Positions 1-10,144 of a stretch of DNA of 38,647 nt are shown in pieces; the stretch's first letter is position 1, and each line of letters opens with the position of its first letter. This DNA is from a virus (lineage: Duplodnaviria > Heunggongvirae > Uroviricota > Caudoviricetes). The notes beneath the pieces are model-generated. The model ran no database searches and was not told where the DNA came from. It saw nothing but the letters and a program-made list of their open reading frames with translations. A program made the position numbers and the translations under genes. The stretch lies in the IMG/VR virus record IMGVR_UViG_2711768064_000004. One strand, given 5' to 3'.

Positions 1-258
1 ATGCAAACCGTTATTTTTGGTCGTTCGGGTTGCCCTTACTGTGTGCGTGCAAAAGATCTGGCTGAGAAATTGAGCAATGAACGCGATGATTTTCAGTATC
101 AGTATGTAGATATTCGTGCGGAAGGGATCACTAAAGAAGATCTACAACAAAAGGCAGGTAAACCCGTAGAAACCGTGCCGCAGATTTTTGTCGATCAGCA
201 ACATATCGGCGGCTATACCGATTTTGCTGCATGGGTGAAAGAAAATCTGGACGCCTGA
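1..258 (+). CDS. grxA: glutaredoxin 1
   Basis: 85-aa ORF starting at window position 1; CPYC active-site motif; near-identical to E. coli GrxA as recalled; sits in the grxA-ybjM-ybjL neighbourhood. Confidence 0.93.
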   Translation: MQTVIFGRSGCPYCVRAKDLAEKLSNERDDFQYQYVDIRAEGITKEDLQQKAGKPVETVPQIFVDQQHIGGYTDFAAWVKENLDA

Positions 259-267
259 TCGTCTGAC

Positions 268-300
268 AAGCCCTCGCGTTGAGGGCTTTACTGATTTTTT
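268..300. terminator. bidirectional rho-independent terminator between convergent grxA and ybjM
   Basis: GC hairpin GCCCTC-gcgtt-GAGGGC (271-286) followed by T-run on + strand and overlapping the ybjM stop on the other strand. Confidence 0.55.
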
Positions 301-665
301 CTGTGCTGTGGTTTAAACAAACTACTGATAAATAAGAAACACAGTGCCCCCAGCGCACACCAGAACACCGCGCTTAGTAACCATGCCAGCTCTTGCCAGA
401 ATGAGCGCGTCGGTGAAAAAAACAGCCGCATAATGAGCATCGAACAGGGTGCCGCCAGCATTGCGCCAAACAGAGGTTTCAGGACTTCTCTACGCTGTGA
501 AAAGAAGCTGGCGACTGCTCCAGGAAGAATGAAAAATAGCAAGCCGATTTCAGGATGCCCGGCAGCCCGAAAAGCGCCTTTCATGTGCGTCGCCAGAAAA
601 AGGCACACCACAATGAAGAGGACAAAACAGCAGATTGCCCCCGCCCAACGTTGTTTATGTTTCAC
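288..665 (-). CDS. ybjM: inner membrane protein YbjM
   Basis: 125-aa hydrophobic multi-TM ORF; matches E. coli YbjM as recalled; conserved position between grxA and ybjL. Confidence 0.8.
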   Translation of the reverse strand: MKHKQRWAGAICCFVLFIVVCLFLATHMKGAFRAAGHPEIGLLFFILPGAVASFFSQRREVLKPLFGAMLAAPCSMLIMRLFFSPTRSFWQELAWLLSAVFWCALGALCFLFISSLFKPQHRKNQ

Positions 666-934
666 TCGTTCCTCCTGACACTGCGTCTATCGAACACATT
701 TTTCGCCAGTGTGGCGTTCAGTAAGATAAAGCCGCTTCGCATTCCATGCTAATATAGGCCAACGCAATTCATATAGCCGTTGATACCTAATGTGATTACA
801 CTAGTAAAATATATTGTTACTTTACTATCGTTTAGGTGCGCTGAATGAATCTGCGCCCTGAATTCTGGTAAAAAACATTATCGTAAATTACCATTTCTTT
901 CAACAGCTTACTAGTAAACAAGAAGTTAGCCTCC

Positions 935-2620
935 GTGAATATAAACGTCGCCGAATTGTTAAATGGGAATTACATTCTGTTATTATTTGTGGTCCTCGCG
1001 CTTGGGCTATGTCTCGGAAAGTTACGACTTGGTTCGATCCAACTGGGTAATTCCATTGGCGTTTTAGTCGTATCGCTGTTATTAGGCCAACAACATTTCA
1101 GCATTAACACCGATGCGCTTAATCTTGGCTTTATGCTGTTTATTTTCTGCGTCGGGGTCGAAGCCGGACCGAACTTTTTTTCCATTTTTTTTCGCGATGG
1201 GAAAAATTACCTAATGTTAGCACTGGTGATGGTTGGCAGTGCGCTGGTGATCGCCTTAGGGTTAGGTAAGCTGTTTGGCTGGGATATTGGCCTGACGGCC
1301 GGTATGTTAGCAGGCTCTATGACGTCGACACCGGTTCTGGTCGGTGCTGGCGATACACTGCGTCATTCCGGCATGGAAAGCAGGCAGCTCTCACTGGCAC
1401 TGGATAATCTGAGCCTCGGGTATGCCTTAACCTATTTAATCGGTCTGGTGAGTTTGATTGTTGGTGCGCGTTACTTGCCGAAATTGCAGCATCAGGACTT
1501 ACAGACCAGCGCCCAGCAAATCGCCCGCGAACGTGGCCTGGACACTGATGCCAACCGTAAGGTTTATTTACCGGTGATCCGCGCCTATCGCGTCGGCCCG
1601 GAGCTGGTGGCCTGGACCGACGGCAAAAATCTGCGTGAACTGGGTATTTATCGACAAACCGGCTGCTACATTGAACGTATTCGACGTAACGGGATTCTGG
1701 CAAATCCAGACGGTGATGCCGTGCTACAAATGGGCGATGAAATAGCGTTGGTAGGCTATCCCGACGCCCATGCCCGACTCGATCCCAGCTTCCGTAACGG
1801 TAAAGAAGTTTTCGATCGTGACCTTCTCGACATGCGTATCGTCACTGAAGAAGTGGTCGTTAAAAACCATAACGCTGTAGGTAAACGTCTCGCACAACTG
1901 AAGTTGACCGATCACGGTTGCTTCCTTAACCGCGTCATTCGTAGCCAGATTGAGATGCCGATAGATGACAACGTCGTGCTTAACAAAGGTGACGTTTTAC
2001 AAGTCAGCGGTGATGCCCGTCGCGTAAAAACCATCGCCGATCGCATCGGCTTTATCTCGATTCACAGCCAGGTCACTGACCTGCTGGCATTTTGCGCCTT
2101 CTTTGTTATTGGGCTGATGATCGGGATGATCACCTTCCAGTTCAGCACATTCAGTTTCGGCATGGGGAACGCTGCCGGGTTGTTATTCGCCGGAATTATG
2201 CTGGGCTTTATGCGTGCTAACCACCCGACCTTCGGTTACATTCCGCAAGGTGCATTAAGCATGGTGAAAGAGTTCGGCTTGATGGTGTTTATGGCAGGCG
2301 TTGGTCTGAGCGCCGGTAGCGGTATTAATAACGGCCTGGGCGCGATTGGCGGTCAGATGTTGATTGCCGGATTAATTGTCAGTCTTGTGCCCGTGGTTAT
2401 CTGTTTCTTGTTCGGTGCTTATGTATTGCGAATGAACCGCGCACTGTTGTTCGGCGCAATGATGGGCGCACGCACCTGCGCGCCGGCAATGGAGATCATC
2501 AGTGATACAGCTCGCAGTAACATCCCTGCGCTGGGCTATGCGGGCACCTACGCAATCGCCAACGTCCTGCTGACGCTGGCAGGGACAATCATCGTCATGG
2601 TATGGCCAGGATTAGGATAA
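935..2620 (+). CDS. ybjL: putative AAE-family transporter YbjL (two RCK_C/TrkA-C domains)
   Basis: 561-aa ORF with GTG start at 935; N- and C-terminal membrane domains flanking soluble domains; matches E. coli YbjL as recalled. Confidence 0.9.
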
Positions 2621-2732
2621 AACTGAAGTTGCCCTGAAAATGAAATTTTTTTGCACAACCGCAGAACTTTTCCGCAGGGCATCAGTCTTAATTAATGCCA
2701 CTGCTTTTCTTTGATGTCCCCATTTTGTGGAG

Positions 2733-2776
2733 CCCATCAACCCCGCCATTTCGGTTCAAGGTTGATGGGTTTTTTG
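2733..2776 (+). terminator. putative ybjL terminator hairpin
   Basis: Inverted repeat CCCATCAACC (2733-2742) / GGTTGATGGG (2760-2769) followed by TTTTTTG; the 17-nt loop is large, so the stem assignment is tentative. Confidence 0.45.
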
Positions 2777-2855
2777 TTGCCTGAAATTTATGGTGTTTAA
2801 GATCATGATGTTAGAAGCACTGTTTTTTAACGATGGCGACAAAATGGCGGCAGCG

Positions 2856-3074
2856 TCAAAGAGAGAGCGCTACCTGTCCTGATTTCATTGGATGCGGCTG
2901 AACCGGATTTGACTCTTTTGGCGTTGCAATCGAACGAACAAAAGTTTCATGGGTAACAAAAGTATGGCTGCAGTTAATGTTCTGGCACTGGTTGTAACGC
3001 TCTTTGGTCAATGAAGATACCTGAAAACTGCTGCGAGTATGGGCGGCACTTCCACACAGTGGGCAAATCATCAT
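2856..3074 (-). CDS. ogr: late gene activator Ogr/B (zinc-finger)
   Basis: Start taken at internal ATG (MMICPLCG) with GGGGAG SD about 10 nt upstream; C-x2-C-x22-C-x4-C motif; resembles P2 Ogr / 186 B; positioned after D at the prophage end. Confidence 0.85.
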   Translation of the reverse strand: MMICPLCGSAAHTRSSFQVSSLTKERYNQCQNINCSHTFVTHETFVRSIATPKESNPVQPHPMKSGQVALSL

Positions 3075-3164
3075 TTTTCGAGTTCTCCCCATTTTTGCTA
3101 AATTCACAATAATGATACCGCATTATTCCATTTTGCAAACTTAAAAGTTCTCCATTGCGAAGAA

Positions 3165-4265
3165 TCATTCCATTTCGAAATCATCAATCCTCACTTCAAG
3201 CTCCAGACTGGTCGTAAAACCATTATCCGGGCTTACGGTATGCGTCAGAGTCGTAATGGTCCATTCCGCATCATCTATCGGCTGTTTAAAGCCACTGACT
3301 TTCACTGGCATTTCCGTGTAGAGATCTGCCCGCCCTTCCGCCAGTTGTAGCGAGAATGACGCAACGCCACGTTGCAAGCGTTCCCACTGCATTTTCGCTG
3401 CCCGTTCAGCGTTGCTCCGGTTGGCATAAGTGCGATTAAGTACCAGCACGTTTTCATCCGTACCCACCAGGTAATCGCCCTGCTTCGCTTCCGGCTCTTT
3501 CTTCTGATTCTTAGTTCTGCGCTTACGCTTCACCGTGGTGCTTTCTTTCTTCGCGGGTTCGCGGGTATGCAACCAGCTGGCAATTACGCCCGTGTAGGCT
3601 CCGCGATCTGCCAGGGTAAAGCGGTGACTGTCGCCGTCCTTGCGTGTGATAGTGATCACCGGCAGTGGTTTACCAGTGGCGCTTTTGCCCTGTCCCTGCC
3701 GGATGAATAACAGATTGCCATTTTTCAGCGACGCGATGGCACCGTACTGGCGCGCCAGCCGCATCAGAAAACTGCCGTCACTCTCATTAGTCTGGTCTAT
3801 ATGCTCCACGGGCTTATCCGACAGGTCTTTACCCAGTGCCATCTTCAACTTGTGACGCGCGGCTATTTCCTTCACCACTTCCCCGACAGTGGTCTTGTGC
3901 CACGATTTTTCACGGCGGGTATTCAGCGTTTCCCTAAAATCAGCACTTCGCGCCCGGATAGTCAGGCGATCCGGTGCGCCAGTGTGTTCAATCTCGTCCA
4001 CCGTGAATGCCCCTTTCGGGAAAAGCGGCTGCCCCTTCCAGCCCAGCGCCAGCATGATGACCGCACCACGGCGCGGCAGCACGATTTTTCCGTCGGCGTC
4101 GTCCAGTTCCAGATCAAGCTGGTCTGCTTCAAAGCCCCGATTGTCCGTCAGCGTCAGACTCATCAGGCGGTTATCCAGCACAGTGGTGATATCCTTTCCC
4201 TCAATACTGATGCTGAATGCGGGAGTTTTGTTGCCTTTGTTAAGCAGTTCAGAGCTGAAATTCAC
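3165..4265 (-). CDS. D: tail protein D (late control gene D family)
   Basis: 366-aa ORF resembling P2 gpD; position between U and ogr. Confidence 0.88.
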   Translation of the reverse strand: MNFSSELLNKGNKTPAFSISIEGKDITTVLDNRLMSLTLTDNRGFEADQLDLELDDADGKIVLPRRGAVIMLALGWKGQPLFPKGAFTVDEIEHTGAPDRLTIRARSADFRETLNTRREKSWHKTTVGEVVKEIAARHKLKMALGKDLSDKPVEHIDQTNESDGSFLMRLARQYGAIASLKNGNLLFIRQGQGKSATGKPLPVITITRKDGDSHRFTLADRGAYTGVIASWLHTREPAKKESTTVKRKRRTKNQKKEPEAKQGDYLVGTDENVLVLNRTYANRSNAERAAKMQWERLQRGVASFSLQLAEGRADLYTEMPVKVSGFKQPIDDAEWTITTLTHTVSPDNGFTTSLELEVRIDDFEME

Positions 4266-4747
4266 GACAGCAGCCCTCCCACCGTTTTACTGATATCGCT
4301 TAAGGCAGACGTTGCCGTATCCTGCAAATTATTCAGCTGCGCACTGAGATCACCGAACATATCGGACAGGGATTCATCCACCCGTTTGAGCGACAGGGTG
4401 AACTCAATCCGGCGCGGCATACCATCGCGGAAAAACTCCGCTTTAGTCTGATTCAGTCCCTCAATCACATACATGCCGTAAATCGTGCCGCTGCCTTCAA
4501 TCAGGGGCCATGCTTTTCCCTGTTCTGCCATCTGCTCCAGAGCCAGCAACGACAGCCTGCCGCCCGTTATCTCCGGCATAAGAACACCAGAAAGCGTCAG
4601 CATGTCGTTGTCCGGTCCCAGAAACTGCATGGACGGACGTCGGTTGACCCGGCTGTTTGCCGCATGTCGCCAGCTGCGTTGATACTGCAGTTCCTGATAC
4701 GGCACAGTGCGCAGCATAAACACGTACAATCCCAGCACCATCATCAT
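4262..4747 (-). CDS. U: tail protein U
   Basis: 161-aa ORF resembling P2 gpU; stop overlaps D start (coupled). Confidence 0.85.
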   Translation of the reverse strand: MMMVLGLYVFMLRTVPYQELQYQRSWRHAANSRVNRRPSMQFLGPDNDMLTLSGVLMPEITGGRLSLLALEQMAEQGKAWPLIEGSGTIYGMYVIEGLNQTKAEFFRDGMPRRIEFTLSLKRVDESLSDMFGDLSAQLNNLQDTATSALSDISKTVGGLLS

Positions 4748-7700
4748 GCGTCGTATCCCCCCTGATCGCTGTAGTTACTCCTGGCTTTTGCCTTCAGCCT
4801 GCGTTCACGTTCATCAAGCTGGCGGGCCACCTCCCGCGCAATATCCTGCGCACTTTGTCCTGGCTGCGTCTGAATGATGATCTGCGTCGGTGCCTCAATC
4901 CGTTGAACGGGCGGCACAGTGGCTGCACGACTCACCATCGCTTCGCCGCCTTTCGAGGGAAGTGCCAAAGGATGCAACGGTGGAAGCTCTGCAGGCGCGG
5001 CAGCAACGCCCATCATTCCGGCAACAACGGCAGCCAGTAAAGCTGTATTTCTCCGGCTGGTCACATTTGCCGGGCCGTTAACAATTTCCGGCCCGTTTTC
5101 ACCGACGATGCCAAACTGCCCGCGCGGGATATAGCCGCCGCTGTCATACATCCCCGCAAAGCCATATCCCCATGACGGAAAACCACCCGATGGCATCATC
5201 ACTTTACCGTCTGCATTCACCGTCGCAGGTTGCTGACGCGTCACGCTTTCCGGCAGTTTCGCCTTTGCGGCCTCTTTACTGACAATGCCGAGTTTTTCCA
5301 GCAACCAGGATACGCCGGATTTCAGGGAGTCCAGCGGATGCATGACCATATTCAGCCCTTCCGCCAGTGCCTCCCCGAATCGTCGCCCCATTGCCGCTGC
5401 GCTCTGCAGTTCGGCAGAAGTCGACTTAACGGGCGTCAGCAAATCAGTAAACCAGCCCCACAGCGCCTGCACTTTGTCGCCAATCCACTGGAACACAGGC
5501 TTAAGTGGTTCGAATGCGGCACTGATGGGTCCTGCCGCCGCTTTGAATCCTTCCACCACGCCACCGAGAAATGCGGTGATGGGTTGCCAGTATTTCCAGA
5601 CAACCAGCGCCACGCCCGCCAGTGCAGTAACCACAAGACCTATCGGACTGAGCAGAGCACCTGACAGACCAGATACGGCATACAGGGCAACGCGCAGCAT
5701 CGCCAGTGGACCAGATGCCAGTACTCGCAGCACCGTGCCTGCGGCGGCCAGTCCACCGCGCAGTACCGCCAAAGGATTCATAAACATCACAGCAACAGCA
5801 CGTAAACCGGATAATCCAGACCGGAACAGTGCAACCGGCGCACCTGCTACAGTTTTCAGGACATTCCCCGTCAGTGATGCCGTGCGACGCAAAGACGACA
5901 ACGGAGCAGTAAGTAAACCCGCTGCGTTGCCCGATGAAGCAAGCCCGCGTCGCAGCAGTGCCAGTGGAGCGCCAGCTAACCAGGACAACGCGCTGCTGGT
6001 TCGTGTTACTGCTGCCGTAACGGAAGGTAACGTTTTGATACCCAGCACAGAGAATCCCAGACGGATGACTGCCAGCGGCCCCAGCACTGCAGCCAGCGCC
6101 ACCGCTAAGGTGCCGAGGCCTACGGTAACAGCAGCCACAACAGCCGCTACTTTCATCAGTGTGCCTGTCAGTTCCGGGTTAGCTTCCACCCAGCGGCGCA
6201 ACGCCCCCGTGATGCTTTTCACCGTGTACAGAATATCCATCAGCGGCTGGCGCAGCGTTTCGCCCAGGCTGCTGAAGGTGTTCTGCGCTCCGGTTTTGAC
6301 CAGCAACCACTGAGCAGAAAGTGAGTCTTTGTTGATGTCGGATTCTTTCTGCATGGAACCGAGCGCATCATTGCCCGCTGTCAGTTTTAGCTGGCGCTGC
6401 AGTTCCGGAAGGTTGTTTGCCAGTTTCGCCGCGTCATCACCAAACTCTTTACCAAACAACATGGTCATGGCAGACAGACGCTTGTCCTGCGGCAGTGCGT
6501 TCACCTTCTCCAGCACACGCTGGATAGTTCCCATCGCATCCTTCGTCATCTGCTTTTCAATCACTTCAGGATTGAGTTTCAGCAGATTCATCCCTTCAAA
6601 GAAACTCTTGCTTTGCATGGTGGCAATGGACAATTCACGCACCATCGCGTTTGCTGCACTGGCTGCAACCTCCGGCGCAGCGCCCAGTGTCAGAAAGGTG
6701 GAACCCAGTGCCGCCGCTTTACGATAATCCAGACGGTCAGCCACACCGCCCAGACGTTGCATGACATCAATGATGTCCGCCCCTTTCGACATGGCGTTAT
6801 CATCCAGATAGTTCAGCGCATCGCCGAGCTGTTCAATATTGCGGGTAGGTATTTTGTAGAGCTGGGCGATTTTCCCCAGACTTTCTGACAGTTCATCCGC
6901 TGGCAGCTCAAAGGCTGTTGCCGCCTTTGCTGCCGTACTGGCGAAGGCCAGCAGGTCACGTTTCTGGTCTTCCCAGCTGTCGTCAGGGTTTGCGACGTTC
7001 ATGCGCGCACCACCTTCAACCAGTGCAGCGAAGTCCACCGCACCGTTTTCCATCGGCAACTGTTCGCTGGCAGCCTTGATGGCATCCTGCATTTCATAAA
7101 AACGTGCAGTGCGGTTGCCATTATCGTCACGCAGACCATTGACCTGCTTTGCCACACCTTTCATGGCATCTTCCATGCTGGTATAGCTTTTTACTGCCGC
7201 CATCACTGGCGTCCCCATTGCCAGCCCTGCAGCCGTGGTGGTGGCTCCGGCTCCTGCGATGCGATCGCGCACCTCCAGCGAACGGGCATAACTGGCACGC
7301 GCTGCATTCATCCTGCGCTGAGCTTCCCCCAGTCGCTTCAGCCGCGCCTCCTGTTTCAACAGTTCCTGGTTATAACGTGATGTTTCACGGGCTAAACGGG
7401 CAGTTGCTCCCGCATCATCTTTCGCAGAAATTCCCGCCCGGTACAGTTCTGCACGCACAAGCGCCGTTTGCTTCTGCAAATATTTTTGTTGTTCTTCCAG
7501 ACGTTGGACTGCCAGCGTTTGCCGACCTAAAGCCACAAGGTGCCGTTGTGATGGTTGTTCGATCGACTCCAGCTCAGAGCTAAGCAAATTAGCCTTCTGT
7601 CTGGCATAGTTCAGCCTGTCGCCTAACTTCTTGTTATCGGCCTGCAGCTTGCGAAATTTTTCCAGGCTGTTACCCGCCTGATTGAGTTGCTTTAATGCGT

Positions 7701-7824
7701 CACGGGAGTTTCTGATTGCGCCAGCCAGCTCTTTCGAACTGGCCTGTGCAGCACGGAATGGGCGGGTGAGTTTGTCAACCGCATTAAGAATGACCTGCAG
7801 CCGCAGGTTATTATCACTCATCAT
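4744..7824 (-). CDS. T: tail tape measure protein T
   Basis: 1026-aa ORF, coiled-coil N-terminal part and Ala/Gly-rich hydrophobic repeats typical of tape measure proteins; position after E/E'. Confidence 0.9.
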   Translation of the reverse strand: MMSDNNLRLQVILNAVDKLTRPFRAAQASSKELAGAIRNSRDALKQLNQAGNSLEKFRKLQADNKKLGDRLNYARQKANLLSSELESIEQPSQRHLVALGRQTLAVQRLEEQQKYLQKQTALVRAELYRAGISAKDDAGATARLARETSRYNQELLKQEARLKRLGEAQRRMNAARASYARSLEVRDRIAGAGATTTAAGLAMGTPVMAAVKSYTSMEDAMKGVAKQVNGLRDDNGNRTARFYEMQDAIKAASEQLPMENGAVDFAALVEGGARMNVANPDDSWEDQKRDLLAFASTAAKAATAFELPADELSESLGKIAQLYKIPTRNIEQLGDALNYLDDNAMSKGADIIDVMQRLGGVADRLDYRKAAALGSTFLTLGAAPEVAASAANAMVRELSIATMQSKSFFEGMNLLKLNPEVIEKQMTKDAMGTIQRVLEKVNALPQDKRLSAMTMLFGKEFGDDAAKLANNLPELQRQLKLTAGNDALGSMQKESDINKDSLSAQWLLVKTGAQNTFSSLGETLRQPLMDILYTVKSITGALRRWVEANPELTGTLMKVAAVVAAVTVGLGTLAVALAAVLGPLAVIRLGFSVLGIKTLPSVTAAVTRTSSALSWLAGAPLALLRRGLASSGNAAGLLTAPLSSLRRTASLTGNVLKTVAGAPVALFRSGLSGLRAVAVMFMNPLAVLRGGLAAAGTVLRVLASGPLAMLRVALYAVSGLSGALLSPIGLVVTALAGVALVVWKYWQPITAFLGGVVEGFKAAAGPISAAFEPLKPVFQWIGDKVQALWGWFTDLLTPVKSTSAELQSAAAMGRRFGEALAEGLNMVMHPLDSLKSGVSWLLEKLGIVSKEAAKAKLPESVTRQQPATVNADGKVMMPSGGFPSWGYGFAGMYDSGGYIPRGQFGIVGENGPEIVNGPANVTSRRNTALLAAVVAGMMGVAAAPAELPPLHPLALPSKGGEAMVSRAATVPPVQRIEAPTQIIIQTQPGQSAQDIAREVARQLDERERRLKAKARSNYSDQGGYDA

Positions 7825-8250
7825 TGGCCCCGCTTCTCTGAATCGCTTTATACCGCCATTCCAGCACTTCGGTCAGCGGCATAACGTCAGTAACGGATGG
7901 CGGCCAGTGAAAAATGGTGGCGATATCTGCCACCAGATCGTCAACCGTCAGGCTGTCGGTAAACCGGCAAGCACCGACTTCTTCAACAAAAAAGTGACAA
8001 CCTCAACCGACATGGCAGTGAGATCTGCCGGGTCCATCTCTGCAATTTCCTGTGCAGTCAGTGCCGGACTGGAGATGCGGGGGATCACGGTCATCATCGC
8101 GTTCACATCCATATCCATAATGGCCTGCAGGCGTGTACCGCGCAGCGCACCGGACTGCGGTTTACGCAGCACAATTTCGGTGATTTCTGTTTTACCGCGC
8201 TTGATGGGGGTATCCAGTTGAATGGTCTTTTCAGTCTGCTTATCACTCAT
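7814..8250 (-). CDS. tail assembly chaperone E+E' (predicted programmed -1 frameshift product)
   Basis: Slippery T-TTT-TTG (minus strand, 7993-7987) lies in frame as Phe-Leu inside VTFLLKKS; the -1 frame stays open for 59 codons (VEEVGACRFTDSL...RSGANDE) and stops at TGA 7816-7814, overlapping the T start codon. Same arrangement as P2 E/E+E' and lambda G/GT. Confidence 0.7.
7948..8250 (-). CDS. E: tail assembly chaperone E
   Basis: 100-aa ORF resembling P2 gpE; contains slippery heptamer near its 3' end. Confidence 0.85.
   Translation of the reverse strand: MSDKQTEKTIQLDTPIKRGKTEITEIVLRKPQSGALRGTRLQAIMDMDVNAMMTVIPRISSPALTAQEIAEMDPADLTAMSVEVVTFLLKKSVLAGLPTA
7987..7993 (-). other. slippery heptanucleotide TTTTTTG for -1 ribosomal frameshift
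   Basis: Read directly on the minus strand; X-XXY-YYZ type site. Confidence 0.7.
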
Positions 8251-8304
8251 TTTGCTGTCCTGTAGATTGGGTTCTGGCGCGGTATCCCGCGCCGTTCAGA
8301 TATA

Positions 8305-8820
8305 TCAGAGGCCGAGGGCGTTGCGGTGCGCTTCCATCAGGTCCATACCGTCCACAATTTCCACCATGTTGATAAGGTCCACTTCATAGAGCACCTCACC
8401 ATTGATGGTCAGCTTCGCGTAGCTGTTGGTACTGGTCACTTTGGTGGTGTTGCTTTCGCCCGTCTTCCACTCGCCGGAATCCACTTCTTTGTGACGTCCA
8501 CGCACCACAAGCTCCACGGCCTGCACTTCTCCGGTATCGTCACGCTGGATAGAGCCGGTAAAGCGCAACTGGATGCCATCCACCGTGGCTTTGCCCATCT
8601 GCTTAAACAGCAGCAGTTCAGTACCACCAATGGAAAATTCTGTGTCCAGCGCACTGTCATCAAGCCCCAGATCCACATCAACTGCACCAGGCATTCCGCC
8701 GCCGCGATACTTCTCATATTTGCGGGTGAATTTCGGCAGCGTCAGCGACTCTACGATCCCCTGCCAGTTGTTCCCGTCGTTAAACAGGTTCAGATGTTTT
8801 AATTTGCGTGGTAAAGCCAT
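8305..8820 (-). CDS. FII: tail tube protein FII
   Basis: 171-aa ORF resembling P2 gpFII; immediately after sheath gene. Confidence 0.9.
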   Translation of the reverse strand: MALPRKLKHLNLFNDGNNWQGIVESLTLPKFTRKYEKYRGGGMPGAVDVDLGLDDSALDTEFSIGGTELLLFKQMGKATVDGIQLRFTGSIQRDDTGEVQAVELVVRGRHKEVDSGEWKTGESNTTKVTSTNSYAKLTINGEVLYEVDLINMVEIVDGMDLMEAHRNALGL

Positions 8821-8829
8821 GTTATCCCC

Positions 8830-10002
8830 TTACGCGCTGACCTGGCTGGCGAAATTCACCAGGTACTGATCGGTGATGCGCTGGCGCAGCATCAGATTTT
8901 CAAGTGGCGGCACTGGCGTGTAGTCGTAGTCGATCGTGAGTTTCCCGGCTTTCAGAGTGTCTTTGTCGTTCACCGACTCGTCCAGCCAGCAATCACCACC
9001 AATGAGATACCCCTGACTGACCAGGCTGCGCATTTTGGCGCGGATACCTTCGATAATGTCGCGAGCCAGCGACGGATTCAGCGGTTTGTCTACCGCCCAC
9101 ATGTGCGCTTCTGCCATCGTGTCCGTCAGTACCTGCGCGGTTCGGGTGTAGTTTTCGAAGGCAAAGAGCGGATCATCGCTCAGACAGCGGGAACCCCAGA
9201 AGCGGAAACCGTCTTTGCGGATAAGCGTGGTAACGTCGTTCTGGTTAAGCAGACCTGCATCGGTTGCCGGGTCCTGCAGATCCCAGAACACATCAGCAGA
9301 AATTCCGGTGACACCGTTCACGCCCACGTTGGACAGGCTTTTGTGCCACCCGGTCTGCTCATCAATTTTGGCGCGCAGACCGAGCGCACGAGCGGTGGCA
9401 TATGCCGTTGCTTCGGCATTCAGCACCGTGTCCCAGCCAGTAAAGTCAGGCCAGATCAGCATCCCTTCGCGCTGGCTGAAGTTTTCGCGGTAAGTGATCG
9501 CCTCCTGCACTGTCTTGCAGCCATACGCTGACAGGTAAGCAAACCCACGCAGGCTTTGCGCCACGCTCAGCAACTCAGTCGCAACGGCTTTGTTATCGTG
9601 GCCTGGCACGCCGAGAATGCGCGGTTTAACGCCGAGCTGTGACTGTGCAGATAACAGAGCTTTCATGCCTGTTTTTTTACCTTCAGCAGTCACTGCGCCG
9701 ATGATATTGGTCGTGGTTTCTTCTTCCGTTTCCCCCTGCGGCACACGCACAACAACGGTCACGGGTTTTGCCTGGTCAGCGATGGCATCCAGCGAACGGG
9801 CCAGCGTGCCGGACTCACCCGCTTTACCGCTGGCAGTCAGCACATCAGTGATCAGCACGGGTTTATTAAGAGGAAACATTTTTGCATCGGCATCATCGCC
9901 CGTGCAGACCATACCCACGATGGCGGTGCTCACCGTGGTAATGGTTCGGGTGCCTTCGTTGACTTCAACAACGCGCACTCCGTGGTGGTAATCCTGAGCC
10001 AT
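8830..10002 (-). CDS. FI: contractile tail sheath protein FI
   Basis: 390-aa ORF resembling P2 gpFI. Confidence 0.9.
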   Translation of the reverse strand: MAQDYHHGVRVVEVNEGTRTITTVSTAIVGMVCTGDDADAKMFPLNKPVLITDVLTASGKAGESGTLARSLDAIADQAKPVTVVVRVPQGETEEETTTNIIGAVTAEGKKTGMKALLSAQSQLGVKPRILGVPGHDNKAVATELLSVAQSLRGFAYLSAYGCKTVQEAITYRENFSQREGMLIWPDFTGWDTVLNAEATAYATARALGLRAKIDEQTGWHKSLSNVGVNGVTGISADVFWDLQDPATDAGLLNQNDVTTLIRKDGFRFWGSRCLSDDPLFAFENYTRTAQVLTDTMAEAHMWAVDKPLNPSLARDIIEGIRAKMRSLVSQGYLIGGDCWLDESVNDKDTLKAGKLTIDYDYTPVPPLENLMLRQRITDQYLVNFASQVSA

Positions 10003-10078
10003 AGTGGCGAACCTCCTGATTGGATTAGGCTTCGCCCTATGTTGAAGTGATTGTGCCTGACAAACAGCTAAGCGCAGT

Positions 10079-10096
10079 TGTGTCGTTATTCACACA
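10079..10096. promoter_or_regulatory. Ogr/B-type late activator site (TGT-N12-ACA) of the FI operon promoter
   Basis: TGTGTCGTTATTCACACA centred about 85 nt upstream of the FI start codon; matches the P2 late-promoter dyad consensus. Confidence 0.5.
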
Positions 10097-10144
10097 AAAT
10101 AACGGTATTTGTCCGCTTACAGGAAAAATCAAAATAATGCTGAC

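Noticed and set aside
433-752. Two plus-strand ORFs (81 and 65 aa)
   Set aside because: Overlap ybjM on the opposite strand; ybjM is the conserved gene here.
3372-4451. Plus-strand ORFs of 112-216 aa
   Set aside because: Antisense to tail genes D and U, which have clear P2 homologs; no independent support.
5285-6313. 342-aa plus-strand ORF (and neighbouring plus-strand ORFs 4855-5664, 6329-6888, 7149-8221)
   Set aside because: Entirely antisense to the tape measure gene T; translations are Pro/Ser/Ala/Thr/Arg-rich low-complexity, typical of antisense reading of GC-rich coding DNA; no RBS context.
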